Source: Octopus vulgaris (Eukaryota). Taken from it: 64,000 nucleotides of DNA. This document shows positions 25,429 to 40,059 of the stretch, one piece after another. Each line of letters opens with the position of its first letter. Positions within the stretch are counted from its first letter, which is position 1. The notes under the pieces were generated by a model. It was not told where the DNA came from and ran no database searches. It saw nothing but the letters and a program-made list of their open reading frames with translations. Location of the stretch: the NCBI GenBank assembly GCA_951406725.2, contig OX597834.1, positions 12,958,001 to 13,022,000 of the forward strand, written 5' to 3'. The translations under genes were made by a program, and so were the position numbers.

Positions 25429-27666
25429 GAAAGGGAGGTTTGGTCAGCCGTGATTCCATATATTTCATTCAACCAGAATCAGTTATCTACCGCAAACAGC
25501 TGAAAGAATACAGGTCTAAATGATTTACGGCATACATGTCAGAAATTAATATTTTTCGCTTACTGTTTTATTATTCATATTAGTATATAACGCTGTTTGA
25601 TTTATTTCTAATCCATTCGATTTGATGTTTTATTTATGGAAAAGTGAGTTAAATATCGCTCGTGTATGATGATATTTCAATATTTTCATATCTCTACAAA
25701 CAAATTTTAATAGAATTACTTATAGATTGATGAACCTCGTCCTTTCAATAACAAGCGTGTGCTAGAATATAATTCCTCGTCGTCATCAAATGGATTTCAA
25801 AGACGATGCGTGAGGTACAATTAATGAGAGCTGAAATGATGGCACCAGCCATTTTGTACGAGGTGGGCTGAAATATTTATAGGCTGACTAGAATCTGAAA
25901 AAATGACTCAACCTAGAAAGTTGTCTGAAAAAGAGATTCCTATTTAAGTAGAGACTGGCCGCAATAGAACATTCAAAGCAGAATAAAATGGACTGTCAAC
26001 TAGATCCACGATTTTCAATTCGGAAGGTCGTGGCGTGCATCTTACCACGAAATGAAGAATCCCTATTGCCTACTGCACAACTTTCCCCAAAATAATTTAT
26101 TCCGTATGCGGGTTGTCAAAGAAGTATTGCGAATTGTGAGCTCTCCTTCTCACTGACTCAAAGTGATGAAGCCAACATCCATCCTGAGTTAAGAAACTTT
26201 CAAGGAAACCAGCTCAATCGGATTGAAACTGTATCAAATTTTCCCGCGTTGTGATCAACCTCGTGCACTTTTGATCAGTTGTCAGAAGACGTGGCACCCT
26301 ACGAGCAATAACCTCGTCGTGCCATATTCATTGAGCGGGATATTTTCAACTGTCTGAAGTGACATGCTTATAACATTGGCTATTTGATTTATAGTCAATC
26401 GGCTCCCATCCATAAACCTGTGCTGAACACGATCAATATTTACATCGGTGGTGACAATTTCAGGACAGTCAGAACTTGAATTAATTAAAGACTCTCCCCC
26501 TCCGCACCTAAATCCCGCTACCAACATTTGAACCATTGACAAGCTAAAGGGTCATTCTTCTAATTTAAGAAGCCTGTCAGCCGTAATATCGTTAGGGATG
26601 AAAATCATTTGCTGCCACGATATCAATTTTTTTTCCGTTTTTCAGCGTAAGTCGCTTTTACATACGGTTGAATTCTCTTTGTACAGTCGAATATCAGTTT
26701 ATCCGGAAAGATAATTTGCAGTTATTAATAAGGAGAGCTGAAATTAATGAATACAGTGTTTCACAACTCTAACATCACGCCTTTCTAGTCAGCCTATAAA
26801 TATTTCAGCCCACCTCGTATAAAATGGCTGGTGCCATCATTTCAGCTCTCATTGATTGTACCTCACGCATCGTCTTTGAAATCCATTTGATGATGACGAA
26901 TAATTGGATGAAGACAGAATAATTCCTCAGTGATGCTAAATTACAGGAACTGATGAACTGTGTGAAGAGGTAGTACGGGAAACGACACATGTATACAAAA
27001 GTCATAACAGCAAAATGAATGCGTTCACCGAAAGGGGTTAAGAAAATTGTTACTCACCACAAATCAGCTACATATACTAAATTTCTGATTTTGTATCTCC
27101 AACATTAACAGCATAATAATTACATATATTCCATCGCTTTTATATGCTGCATGTAATTGGTAGTCTCTTGATATCAGCATCCCCTGATCTCATGCCACTG
27201 ACGATACGCACTTTCACAAAAATCCCTATCGAATTCCACAGTAAATATATATTTTAGTCCATAGTTAAAGGAGCACATAGCACAAACAATCCGTGACACG
27301 TTGTGAGAGCTTAGCCCCAAAGGGTTATTCTAGCACTCGCGTATTATTGAAGGGACGAGGTCCATCAACCTATAAGTAATTCTATTAAAATTTGTTTGTA
27401 GAGATATGAAAATATTGAAATATCATCATACACGAGCGATATTTAACTCACTTTTCCATAAATAAAACATCAAATCGAATGGATTAGAAATAAATCAAAA
27501 AGCGTTATATACTAATATGAATAATAAAACAGTAAGCGAAAAATATTAATTTCTGACATGTATGCCGTAAATCATTTAGACATGTATTCCTTCAGCTGTT
27601 TGCGGTAGATAACTGATTCTGGTTGAATGAAATATATGGAATCACGGCTGACCAAACCTCCCTTTC
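25429..27666. repeat. Large inverted duplication around a mariner relic
   Basis: 25429-25769 is the reverse complement of 27326-27666, and 25777-25893 is the reverse complement of 26783-26899, with few mismatches. Confidence 0.9.
25857..26819 (-). mobile_element. Truncated mariner DNA transposon (TIRs plus transposase pseudogene ~26140-26640)
   Basis: TA-bounded TIR TACGAGGTGGGCTGAAATATTTATAGGCTGAC at both ends. Minus-strand peptides PEIVTTDVNIDRVQHRFMDGSRLTINQIANVISMSLQTVENI (HTH) and LTTDQKCTRLITTRENL..FLTQDGCWLHHFE (~TGDETW motif). Confidence 0.85.
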
Positions 27667-27711
27667 TCCATACATATATTTCCGTCTTACACTTTCCGCC
27701 ACTATCTGTAG

Positions 27712-27787
<76 letters not shown>

Positions 27788-27802
27788 AAAAAAAATACTT
27801 AC

Positions 27803-28029
<227 letters not shown>

Positions 28030-28544
28030 GGGAGTGTGAACATTATTGAGAGTCATATATAGATGTAAATACGAAATGAATATGTATACATAAGCGTCTG
28101 CATATAAATTTATGTACGTGTGTATATATGAATATACACATACACGTATATGTAAATTTATACATATATACGCATGCATGTATGATTGTATAAATTTATA
28201 TACATTGCATTCCATGTGGTTCTATGCGATTTCCATTCTTCTTCCGATTAAATTTCTTTCGCTTAAAAAAATTTTTTTTTAAAGATTTCGACTAACTCCA
28301 TTGATTTATTTCAGAGGATGTTTTACTCTATGTTAGCCTGTTGCAGTCTGCATTTGTTTTTCTTTCATTTTTATTTAAATTATTGTTTTAATCTCCGTTG
28401 GTTATTTATATTTTGCTTTGTTTTCTCACATTTATATCAAATGTTCCTCTATCAATTTTCAAGCGAATTCGTAGTAACCAATATTCACAAACACACACGT
28501 ACCTACATACATACGCACATATACACACACAAATACACACATAT

Positions 28545-28600
<56 letters not shown>

Positions 28601-28704
28601 TATAGAAATATATAAGTATGTGTATATATATAGATACAGATATGTATATATATATACGTTTTATTTAAAAGCAGCAAAAATATAACATATAATAATCTAT
28701 AACA

Positions 28705-28745
<41 letters not shown>

Positions 28746-28853
28746 GTGTGTGTGTGTGTGTGTGTGTGTGTATTTGTATGCATGTATGTATATATATATA
28801 CTTTATTTAAAAGCAGCAGAAAATAAATATAACAGATATATATAAATATAACA

Positions 28854-28949
<96 letters not shown>

Positions 28950-29525
28950 TGTTCTTATTCATAAAGCCAATGGATGTTTTTGTGTGTTTGAGACTTTTCG
29001 CCTGCGTAATTTATTTATATCGGATTTCCAGGATTTGTACACATTATTTTTTTATGTAATTATCTTTAGATGCTTGTTTTTTAAATAAAAAAAAATATCT
29101 GTTTCGCTTTCCTTCTTTGTTTCGTTTTCCTTCTTTCCTCTTCCTGACTTTGTTGCTTCTGGCAAATATCTGCTCAGTGGTAAATGATAAATCACATACA
29201 TGTGTTTCCGTGATTCTCTGTATACCTACGTTCATTGTGTGCGCCTGTCATACTGTGCGTAGTATTTTACGTTTGCGTTTGAGCTTCTGTATGTCCATGT
29301 GTGTATAAGTGTGTGTGTGTGTGTGTGTGTTTGTGTTGGTATGCGTGCCTCTCTGAGTGTGCTTCTGCGTGCAAACGTGTGACTTGATGATTGTGCACAG
29401 AGGGGAAAAGGGAAGAACAGAGATAAATAATTGCGTATAGACGCCACGGTTTAGTATGTTCTATGTTTTTATTTCTAAATAAATACACGTATAATACATT
29501 ATATATATATATACACGTATAATAC

Positions 29526-29568
<43 letters not shown>

Positions 29569-29621
29569 AGAGAGAGATAGAGATAGAGAGAGAATGAGAG
29601 AGAGAGACAATTATGGATATT

Positions 29622-29659
<38 letters not shown>

Positions 29660-29802
29660 AGGATATATCCGTATATCGTTTTCAGATATGCATATGTATG
29701 TGCATATCTATCTATCTATCTATCAATCTATATGTATATATATATATATAATCTATATGTATATATATATATACATAAATATGTATATATATATATACAT
29801 AA

Positions 29803-29835
<33 letters not shown>

Positions 29836-31230
29836 AATATATATATATGTGTGTCTGCACGTAAATATATATATAAGAATAAATACACACACGCATATAT
29901 ATATACATATATATATACATATAACACTGTGCTGTGAATGTTTGCAAAAATGACTTTCTATAGTTTTATGTGTGTGCGTCATTATGTGCATGCGTGTGTA
30001 TGTGTATGTGTTATTTTGAGTGTGCTTGTGTATATTCTGTTGGAAATCCTGTTTACTTTTCTGGCTATTGTACACCTTCTTAATCTGTGCCTTACAACAA
30101 CAAACCCAGCCATGGGACTACTATACATAATTTACGTTATATGTGATGAATAGCATCTTACAGGTTTTTTGATATTTCTACATAGAAAATCACAGCATCA
30201 CAAGCAAAGATATAATTTATTCTTATCTTCATTTATTTTATCCTTTTCATTTAATAATTTACATGGAATTGACGTCATACATATCTTTCTTCCGGGCAAT
30301 ACATTTTCCTAACAGTACACGCCAATAATATACGTGTGTCATATACGTAAATGACTGAGTTTCTTAACACGCGTCATATTGCTGCTCTTGTGCGGAACAG
30401 GACCTGTGTTGAGCACGCCCCCATAGCCTGTTTTTCTCTGTAGTACGAAAGCCACACTTCAATTTGTGCCTTTCCTTACGCTTGTTAATATAGATATCTT
30501 GTTTTTTAAACTGTGATAATTTCTGTATAATCTAGGGCATTCTCGTTCGACCCAAGTCATTCTTCAGTTTCAGAAGAGCGTATATTTGTGGAAGGATTTT
30601 TCTTTGACGTTCGACAATGAGAATACAGGGATTTGTTCACATACTTTACCTTCTCAGCTGTCATATTGTGCTTTGTGAGATAAAAGTGGGGGAATTGTGA
30701 TTCGACAGCAATTATAAAGCAAAGACAGTAATACCTGACAAAAGACAAAATGTCACGATTATCCGAATGAAAAGCCAATACAAGGAGGAAGATTCGAGTA
30801 AAAGGAATACCCTAAGTCTTGTAAAACTCTGGCAGGTTACGACATGAAAGCAGTGGCTGCGGAAGAGATACTGTCACAAAATAGCGTAGATTGCAACGAA
30901 AATTTTCATATAAAATTGGTGATTAAATTACTGAAGCACATACACACACACATATATAGATATACCCGTATTCATATACACTTATGCACACCTGTGTATA
31001 TAGGCCATGCGGTATTCTGCTTTAGATTTGTTACAAAAGAGATACGTTTTTAAATATTAGTATAATATAATTAATATCTCTTTGGCTGCATATCTACATA
31101 TATAAACATAACGCTACAGATGCAGACTATCAAACACATAGAGAGACAACCTAGTATTCAAATACACATACACATACACTCTTAAATTTGGTGCTCTGTC
31201 GTACGTTGTACTGGGATATCGTAGTTAAGA

Positions 31231-31667
31231 AGGCGGCGAGCTAGAAGAAACGTTTGCACGCCGGACGAAACGCTTAGCGTTGTTTCGTTTGCTTCTACGT
31301 TCTGAGTTCAAATTCCGCCTTGGGCGACTTTGCTTTTCATCCTTTCGGGCACGATAACTTAAGTTCCAGTTACGCACTGGGGTCGATGTAATTGACTTAA
31401 CCCCTTTGTCTGTCCTTGTTTGTCCCCTCTATGTCTAGCCCCTTGTGGGCAATGAAGAAATAAGAAACGACACCAAATCGAGCGAAATGCTTAGCGTTAT
31501 TTCGTTTGTCTTTTTGTTCTGCGCTCAAATTCCGCCGATGTCGACTTTGCCTTTCTTACCCCTAGGGTCGATAAATTAAGTACCAGTTGCGTACCAGGGT
31601 TGATCTAATCGCCTGCCCCCTTCCCCCAAAGTGTCAGGCCTTGAGCCTAGATTAGAAAAGAATATTA
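31231..31667 (+). mobile_element. SINE family C dimer (two bodies with different tails)
   Basis: A complete C unit to ~31462 is followed by a second body ending GGCCTTGAGCCTAGATTAGAAAAGAATATT. Confidence 0.8.
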
Positions 31668-31682
31668 TACATAAGTTCATAA

Positions 31683-32032
31683 TAGGTACACACGTGACTC
31701 TGTGGTAAGAAGCCTTGTTTCCAAGACATGCTTCGGAGTTCAGTCACAATACGTGACACCTTGGGAGGTGGTGTCTGTTGCTACAGACCCGAGTGGACCA
31801 AAACCTTGTAAGTAGATTTGGTACAGGGAAAATGAAAGAAACCCAACGCATATTGTTGTGTATGTATAGCGATTTGTTTTGTGTTTTCCCCCCCCTTACT
31901 GATTGACCACCGCTATTAGCTTGTTTACTTTCACGTAACATAACAGGGGGAAATCTTACTGGCGTCCATTCATTCAAATAAAAATTCGTCTATATGAAGC
32001 CCCAGCATGGCTATATTCTGAAGACTGAAATA
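31683..32032 (+). mobile_element. SINE family B, old degenerate copy
   Basis: CTGTGGTAAGAAGC..GTTCAGTCAC..CCTTGTAAGTAGATTTGGTA..CCAGCATGGCT. Confidence 0.65.
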
Positions 32033-32406
32033 GATATATAGTATACAATGAAAAAAAAAATTGGTCTACGCCACAATCATAAGCATTGTAACTTTTCATT
32101 GCCGATTGAAATTTCCCAAAGCACCTATGCTATATCCATCCACCCACGCGCTAATGGAATCTGTTCCTGATATGTTATGAGCTATTCTCAAAGACCTTCA
32201 CACTTACTGTAAAATGTGTGAACTGGCAAGGTTCTCATAAATCAATAATTTGACTGTGTTTATTGTTAGAAATCTCACTTTGACAATAATATAATATATC
32301 ATTAGCAGAGAGCGCAATGACTCGTAATTGTTTAACAGTGTCCTCTTTCGATGGCAGACATTTAAATCTCTTTCTCTTCTTCTTCAAGTTTCTCTCCCCC
32401 CCATCA

Positions 32407-32445
<39 letters not shown>

Positions 32446-32448
32446 CTA

Positions 32449-32483
<35 letters not shown>

Positions 32484-32573
32484 CTGTTATTCTGGAAATT
32501 GCCCACACAAAAAATCGAGATTTTTTCTCTCTTTATCCATACACGTTTTCTCCGATTGTATATATATATATAA

Positions 32574-32666
<93 letters not shown>

Positions 32667-33496
32667 TGTGTGTGTGTGTGTGTGACAATCGAAATCAAAT
32701 AGGTATTTGTATTTCTCGTGTCATATTTATTTTAGCGTTCAAAATGCATAACATTATTTTTTATTCCCTTGAGTTCAAAGAAATACTTAGGTAGATACAC
32801 ACAAATTCAAAATCGCTCACGTACACTCGCATATTTTTACGTCACACACGTGCGAGTACAGCCTTCACCCTAACACGTATGCTTGTAATTATAGAAGTAT
32901 TCATATTCATGTTGATATATGTGTTTATGTAGTTATATGTATGGAAATGTGTATATATACATGTACACGCATAGATCAATCCACACACATATATACACTT
33001 ATATGCATGTATGTAAGTACGTACGTGTGTATGTTTGCGTCTGTTTTATGAGTCAAAATCATCTTTAAAATACGTCTTTCTTCGTAATTGTTTCCTATTT
33101 TCACTTTCAACGATTGGAATATTCCCATTCACATTTTCGTATTTTGATCTTCACCTAAACTATACACCATTTATTCAATGTTGTTTCCAGTGATTTTCTT
33201 TTGAAGAGTACCAACAAGCATTATAAAATTTTCATTTCACACTATTTATCTTTCTTTTTACTCATTTTACCCCACTATCGTTCGGTCTTTCAATTTATAT
33301 TCTCCACAGATTTTAAACATATCGTGATCTAATTTGTAGTTTCGAGACAATGTACTAGATAATGATTCAGCCAGTTCGCAGGATTTTTTTTTTAAGTAGT
33401 GATTAATAGATATTGACTAATGAGCAAGGCAAATTAATTACAGCAGATTATAAACAATTGTGTAACCGAGTGACCCGATTAATCCATTCAAAATAA

Positions 33497-33715
33497 TACT
33501 CTCTTTACTCTCTTTTACTCTTGTTTCAGTTATTTGACTGCGGTCATGCTGGAGCACCGCCTTTATTCGAGCAAATCGACCCCAGGACATATTCTTTGTA
33601 AGCCCAGTACTTATTCTATCGGTGTCTTTTGCCGAACCGCTAAGTGACAGGGACGTAAACACACCAGCATCAGTTGTCAAGCAATACTAGGGGGACAAAC
33701 ACAGACACACACACA

Positions 33716-33750
<35 letters not shown>

Positions 33751-33913
33751 GACAGGCTTCTTTCAGTTTCCCTCTACCAAATCCACACACAAGGCTTTGG
33801 TTGGCCCGAGGCTATAGCAGAAGACACTTGCCCAAGATGCCACGCAGTGGGACTGAACCCTGAACCATGTAGTTCGTAAGCAAGCTACTTACCACACAGC
33901 CACTCCTGCGCCT
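33497..33913 (-). mobile_element. SINE family B, full length
   Basis: Near-identical to the other family B copies. Confidence 0.92.
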
Positions 33914-34948
33914 AATAATGCCTATTGTGTTTTTCTTTTTCTTTTGGTGTTTCTACGTCATATTGCCGAATAGTCACATATGTATGTTTGCTTTCACCAC
34001 GATCATCCGCTTATGTCTAGTCTTTTTTGTTAAGCGTTCCATGTATTTAAATTGTTATCGTGTTATATTTAGTATATACCTATGAGTCTTCAAAACTTAC
34101 ATAAACTCATTAAGCTACTGTAGCATCAACCCTTAAGAGTTAGCCATCTTTAGGTGACAAATATACTCCACGATGTCGTGCGGCTATGTGCATACAAGTG
34201 TATATATGTGTGTGGATTGTGTCTATTATTGCATATCGGACTGTGTAATGTAGTAAAGAAACTAGCCTTTTTGTATTTTTGCAATAAATATATCTAAAAC
34301 AAAATTTTTCATTAACCCCTAAACCGAAACCGTAGGTAACCAAAAATTATATATAGACTTCAATGGAACATACGGACCCCGGCTGAGAATCGCAGAACCT
34401 GAAACTTTGTTCAAATTCTAACTCATTTTAAATGCACAGCACAATAACACTGCGTAAAACCCCTTTATAATTATCATTTATATAAATATTAAGGAATATA
34501 TTCCCTATGGTGTAAAAGGAAAGCTTTTCTATTCTAAATAGAACACGTACTGGAAATATCACATTTTCAAAAGAAAGATACGCGCTAAACACTAGTATAA
34601 TCAAATGAAACGAGTCATTGTGTATCCTTTTGACCATGTGAAATTCAAATACATCTTTTTTTATATCGGCTGTTATTGCGTTTCCGCTCTATCATCATTG
34701 GCCCCTGATTGACATCTGCATGTACAGTCTTTGTTAAGATATTTTGAGTAGTACTAGCAGTTGTTCTTGCATCCAAGTCCACCTGTTCATGTCAACAATA
34801 TTTATCCAACGGAAATACAGGCGATAATGGCTGAAACAGATTAGTTGTTACATACATTGTTATCCAAACAAAACAAGCGGTATATATTCCGCAATGCTAT
34901 TTACAGGACTTTTAAGTTTACATCAGATAACGCACTATATAGATCTAT

Positions 34949-35335
34949 GTGGAGGCGCAATGGCCCAGTGGTTAGGGCAGCAATGGCCCAGTGGTTAGGA
35001 TCGCGGTTTCGATTCCCAGACCGGGCGTTGTGAGTGTTTATTGAGCGAAAACACCTAAAGCTCCACGAGGCTCCGGCAGGGGATGGTGGTCATCCCTGCT
35101 GTACTCTTTCACCACAAGTTTCTCTCACTCTTACTTCCTGTTTCTGTTGTACCTGTATTTCAAAAGGGCCGGCCTTGTCACTCTCTCTGTCACGCTGAAT
35201 ATCCCCGAGAACTACGTTAAGGGTACGCGTGTCTGTGGAGTGCTCAGCCACTTACACGTTAATTTCACGAGCAGGCTGTTCCGTTGATTCGGATCAACAG
35301 GAACCCTCGTCGTCGTAACCGACGAAGTGCTTCCA
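34949..35335 (+). mobile_element. SINE family A with rearranged tRNA head
   Basis: Matches 605-988. CAATGGCCCAGTGGTTAGG is duplicated in place of the anticodon arm. Imperfect TSD ATATAGAT(C/A)TAT. Confidence 0.9.
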
Positions 35336-36622
35336 TATAGATATATTTCTTTTAAATTTTAACGCCCTCTAAAAGATGAAATGCAATGAAGATTTTGTTG
35401 GGATTCCCCTCAAGATGCGATGAGTCGGGGAAAAAAATTATTAAAGAATTCTATCCAACGCTCAGCACAGTATAAGCGATTTTTCCGGTAATATTTATAT
35501 AGTTATGGAAGCGTTTGCCGAATGTGAAGTGGTTGCTAAACATACAGAACTCATTCTATATTGCATATAAGTCTATGGAAGTCTAGAAGAATTAGTGGTA
35601 TAATTCAGCATTTTACAATTTGAAACAAAATACTGAGCTCACTTAACAAATATAGGGGTACAAACATCGGGTATTTATATAAGTTATTGACATCCACAAG
35701 TAAGCACGTATGTATATAAGTATGTATGGATATTTATGTATGCATGAATATATGCATATGTATATTGGTGTATATATTCATGTATGTATAGATACATATA
35801 TATATATATATATATATGCATTCATATATGTGCGTATATATTTAAGCATGCATGAACATATATATATATATATTTAAGCATGCATGTATGTATAAATGAA
35901 TATGTATATATATATATATATATGCGTATACGTGTGTATATATGTGTGTGTTGGTAAATGTGTGTTTGTGTGTATGTACTTACGTATGCATGTATGTATG
36001 TATGGACATAATTGCTTGGAAGTAAGCTTTGACTAATGACTGTACTAAGACAATCAGATTCTTCTTGTGTGTGAGACACATCAGAACTACTCTCTGATTT
36101 AGCGTACGGAAAAAATCGATGGCTTTCAAATGACACATTCTTCTCTGTTTCTTAATCCATTCCTCAGAACCTACAGATTAAGTTGGCTTTTTATACTGAC
36201 AAGAGCAAAGATAAATGGACTTATCTCGAAGTGAAATATTTGTCAAAAGCATTCAGGTGTGAAGCATGTGTTAACCTACTTCATCTTTCTTATAAGAGAT
36301 ACTGTCAGAATATACGAATACATACTTTCTTGTAACTGATTAGAAGCAATGATAATTTTACAGCATATTCTTGGAGGTATTATTTATAAAATGGCATTGC
36401 TGACTGTTTTGATGGATGACATTATATACGTTTTGTTCTTACGACAAAATGTTTTATTATTTAGCGAGATAAAAGTAATGTCACCAATACACAACTATAT
36501 AATTCTTACTGTATTGCTTGTCTGCGATTAATGGTCATTCTCAATGATTCCCAGTTGATATTATATGATACATACAAGGAGGCATACCATTTCAACACTC
36601 TGTATTACTATAAAGTTAATAT

Positions 36623-36669
<47 letters not shown>

Positions 36670-36671
<2 letters not shown>

Positions 36672-36885
36672 TAGATAGTCCAAACATGAACAAAGAGGAA
36701 ATACAACAACGCGAAAACGTGGAACAAGTATAATGTTATTAAACGCTCAAGAAATGAAAGAAAGAAGGAGGGTTTAACGTTTCGAGCGGCGCTCTTCGTC
36801 AAAAACATAGAAAAAGGAAAGGTCCAAGGAAGGGAAGATGGAGAAAGAAAATCGCCAACGATACACACGCGGTCACATATTGAAC
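36670..36885 (-). mobile_element. TA-adjacent Penelope-like pLTR remnant with degenerate hammerhead (36771-36806)
   Basis: Minus strand TTT-TTGACGA-A-GAGC-GCC-GCTC-GAAA-CGT-TA-AAC. The core C3 is replaced by U. Confidence 0.55.
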
Positions 36886-37789
36886 ATATATAAATATAGA
36901 ATTTTATTATAGCTTGTTATCTGGATTACATAGTTTGTTTTATAATTATTCATCCTTACTACAAATGAGCCTAACACTATACAAAATTAGTTATTAGAGC
37001 AGTAACTTGACAAAATTGCTTAAGAATGAGAAAGCTTCTTGCAGTGATCTACCTCTTGAGTTCAAGGACGGCCCTGGTATGTTGTGCATTATATTCCTCT
37101 CAGGTCGAGAAAATAAAACCGAAATCAAGGAATCGGATCGACTCCCGACTTACATTTAAAGTTTCAGCCACCTTGAAAGCAACAGAAAAATAAAATGATA
37201 TGAGACAAAGCCGGAATTAAATTTCGTAAGATGTCTATTGATTTTATATAGCATCTTGACATCCTTTAGTAATATGTATTCGGTGTCGTATATTTCCATC
37301 GCGTATTTCATTCCATTTCATTTCAGTGATTCATGATTCTATTTTTGTTAATTTTCAGTATATAATGAGACACTGATACGAAATACAGTGTTGTGGAATT
37401 AAAGTGAGATTTAGTTACTATTTCCAGCAATTTTTGCTATCACTCGGAAACCGTCTCATTCTTTAAGTCTGCCAAATCAGCTAACAATTGGTAATCAAAT
37501 TGCAGTTTGAAAATCCGGAGATATATTATGCGACGAGGAATGTAACTATTGTCACTGAGTTGTCTAATCGTTTCCTCACGGGAAATAAATAGATCCAATG
37601 CTAAATACGCATTTCGTATATAAATATCGCTGCATGAATCATTGCTCTTTCCATATGAGTATATTGCTTCCATTCCCTTCGCGCTAACAGAATTAATTCA
37701 ACGGAATTAATGGTCAGTATGCGTCAGACTGGCAAAAATAAATACATAATATATATATATATATATATATACACATGCAAAAATACATT

Positions 37790-37847
<58 letters not shown>

Positions 37848-38341
37848 AGTAACGCTACCGTAATCTCCTTTTAGAGAGACTTAGTAAACAAGTGGATGTC
37901 TTCCACTGTAACTAGGTAACTAAAATCTTCGAACAGACGGTCAGTAGCGACGCCTGCTGGTTCTGACTACGCTGCGTGTGTGTGTGTGTTTGTGTGTGTA
38001 TATATATAGAGTTGTATGTATGTATAAATCTATGTATGTATGTGTGTGTACAAGTGTACCCCTCTGTATTCACAGTTTGTTAAAATGTATAAACCGTCAA
38101 ACCAGAATTTTTTTATTGTCGGTTCTAAAATGACTATTCAGTAACATAAGTGAACACAAAGCCGACGTCACATACGTGCAATATCATCCTACTACAATGA
38201 ATTAAATTCAAAAGTGCATAGAATTGTGACATATGTTTACCTTAGATTCAGTTGGTACCACGCTTCGTTCATTGTACACAAATGTAGTTAAGTTTACAGA
38301 ATTGAATGATGAGCAAAATATTTAAAATTCTAGGTTGTGCA

Positions 38342-38727
38342 TCTCTCTATATATAAACGGCAGTTTGTCTGTGCGTGTTTCTGTGTGTCTGTTTTCTCGT
38401 ACCCTCACCCTGACCACGGCTTTCAACCGATTCTGATGAAACTTGACACACACATAGCCCAATGTCATAATTCAAAACTAACGCAGCGAAAATTTTGAAA
38501 AGTTCCCCCAGTTCTGAAAAAATCGATAAATTCGACATGGGGTCGAGAATAAAAAAAAACAAACCACAGACTGTCTAGGGGACGCAACTCAACCTTTTTT
38601 TACTCTCAAAAAAAAATTTACCATAATTTTTTTTCCATTTTTTTGCTATTTTTTGGCTATAACTCTCTAAAAATGCTTTATAGTTATTTCCCTTACAAAC
38701 CTGAGCAACGCCGGGCGATACTGCTAG
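38342..38727 (+). mobile_element. Non-autonomous Helitron (Lep1-like)
   Basis: A|TC 5' end, subterminal GC hairpin (CCTGAGCAACGCCGGG), CTAG|T 3' end, no TSD, internal CTGT microsatellite. Inverted copy at 41072-41455. Confidence 0.8.
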
Positions 38728-39112
38728 TTACTTATAAAATAATGATTGCATTTATTCGTTTGTTATCCATGTTCATGCAAATGAACATCCGAATTGCTTG
38801 TAAAAGTTTACAAAGTTATCGCCGCGGTATATTTCCGAAAGGAATGCAGTAATTTAAAATGTCATGGGAGATATTTAAAATGATTTTGAGGAACATATCA
38901 ATAACATATCAATAAGAATAGCCGGAATATTACAGAGAACAAACAGACACATTACATTGTGTATATATTATTACATGGCACGTATATAATTAACATGAAA
39001 ACAATAGCATGCTTAACATTGACTTCCTCCGCAAGCGAAACGTCTCCTTGGTTACACTGCAATAGGTGCAAGGCAATGGTCCACAGTTTTGGCGAAATAT
39101 ACGTCTCTGTAA

Positions 39113-39440
39113 GGACACGTAGATGAGTGGTCAGGGTATTCTGCTGATGATCGTAGCATCATGAGTTCAACATCTGGCGATGCGTTGCATCGTTGAGTGA
39201 GGCACTGTACTTCACGTTCCTCCAATCTACTCATCAGCTAAGAATGAGTAGTACCTTAGTACCTGTATTTCGAAGGGCCAGCCTCGTCCCATCCAGTGTC
39301 ACGCTGAATCTCCCTGAGAACAACATGAAGCGTACACGTGTTTCTCGACTACTCAGCCTCTTGCATGTTATCTTCACATGCAGCTTGATCCGTTAATCGT
39401 ATCGAATGGAAACCTTCTCGTCATAACCAATGGCGTGGAT
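39113..39440 (+). mobile_element. SINE family A-related, old degenerate copy
   Basis: GTACCTGTATTTCGAAGGGCC..TGTCACGCTGAATCTCCCTGAGAAC..ACTCAGCC shared with the family A body. Confidence 0.7.
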
Positions 39441-39820
39441 TATCCATCACTCTATGAGAACTCTTAGACTGCAACCGATTCAATTGGCTCTTTTGAAATA
39501 GGTTTCTACCAATTAAATGAGATTCTCCACGGTTGAAGTCTATACTGTCAATCTACGTTGAGTATATGAAAAAAGGAAACGCAGAAGTGTACCAATTAAA
39601 TACATCTGTCGACGACCACGCATCTTTCCTTCAAAGAACGAATATTTCACAATTAAATTCTAATGATAATGGCCGCCGAGGTATGTAATGCATCCATTAT
39701 ATTTAACTGTTGATAAGGAGATGCAGCATCGACAAACGTCACACTCTTTACTACTTGGTAGGAATTTAATGAGATTTCGGAGTTTCATTCTCTCTATTCC
39801 GTCACATTTTAAGGCTTTCT

Positions 39821-39855
39821 ATGTATCTATCTATGTATGTATGTATGTATGTATG

Positions 39856-39931
<76 letters not shown>

Positions 39932-39932
39932 C

Positions 39933-40012
<80 letters not shown>

Positions 40013-40020
40013 CTCTCTAT
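39821..40020. repeat. (TATG)n/(TATC)n microsatellite
   Basis: Direct reading of the sequence. Confidence 0.95.
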
Positions 40021-40059
40021 GTATATATATATATATATATATATACTAATTTACTGTTT

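Noticed and set aside
26950-27000. CTGATGA..GAAA hammerhead-like match
   Set aside because: Weak stem II and no stem I pairing, so probably chance.
38430-38445. CTGATGAAAC inside the Helitron
   Set aside because: No room for stem II. It is part of the Helitron body.
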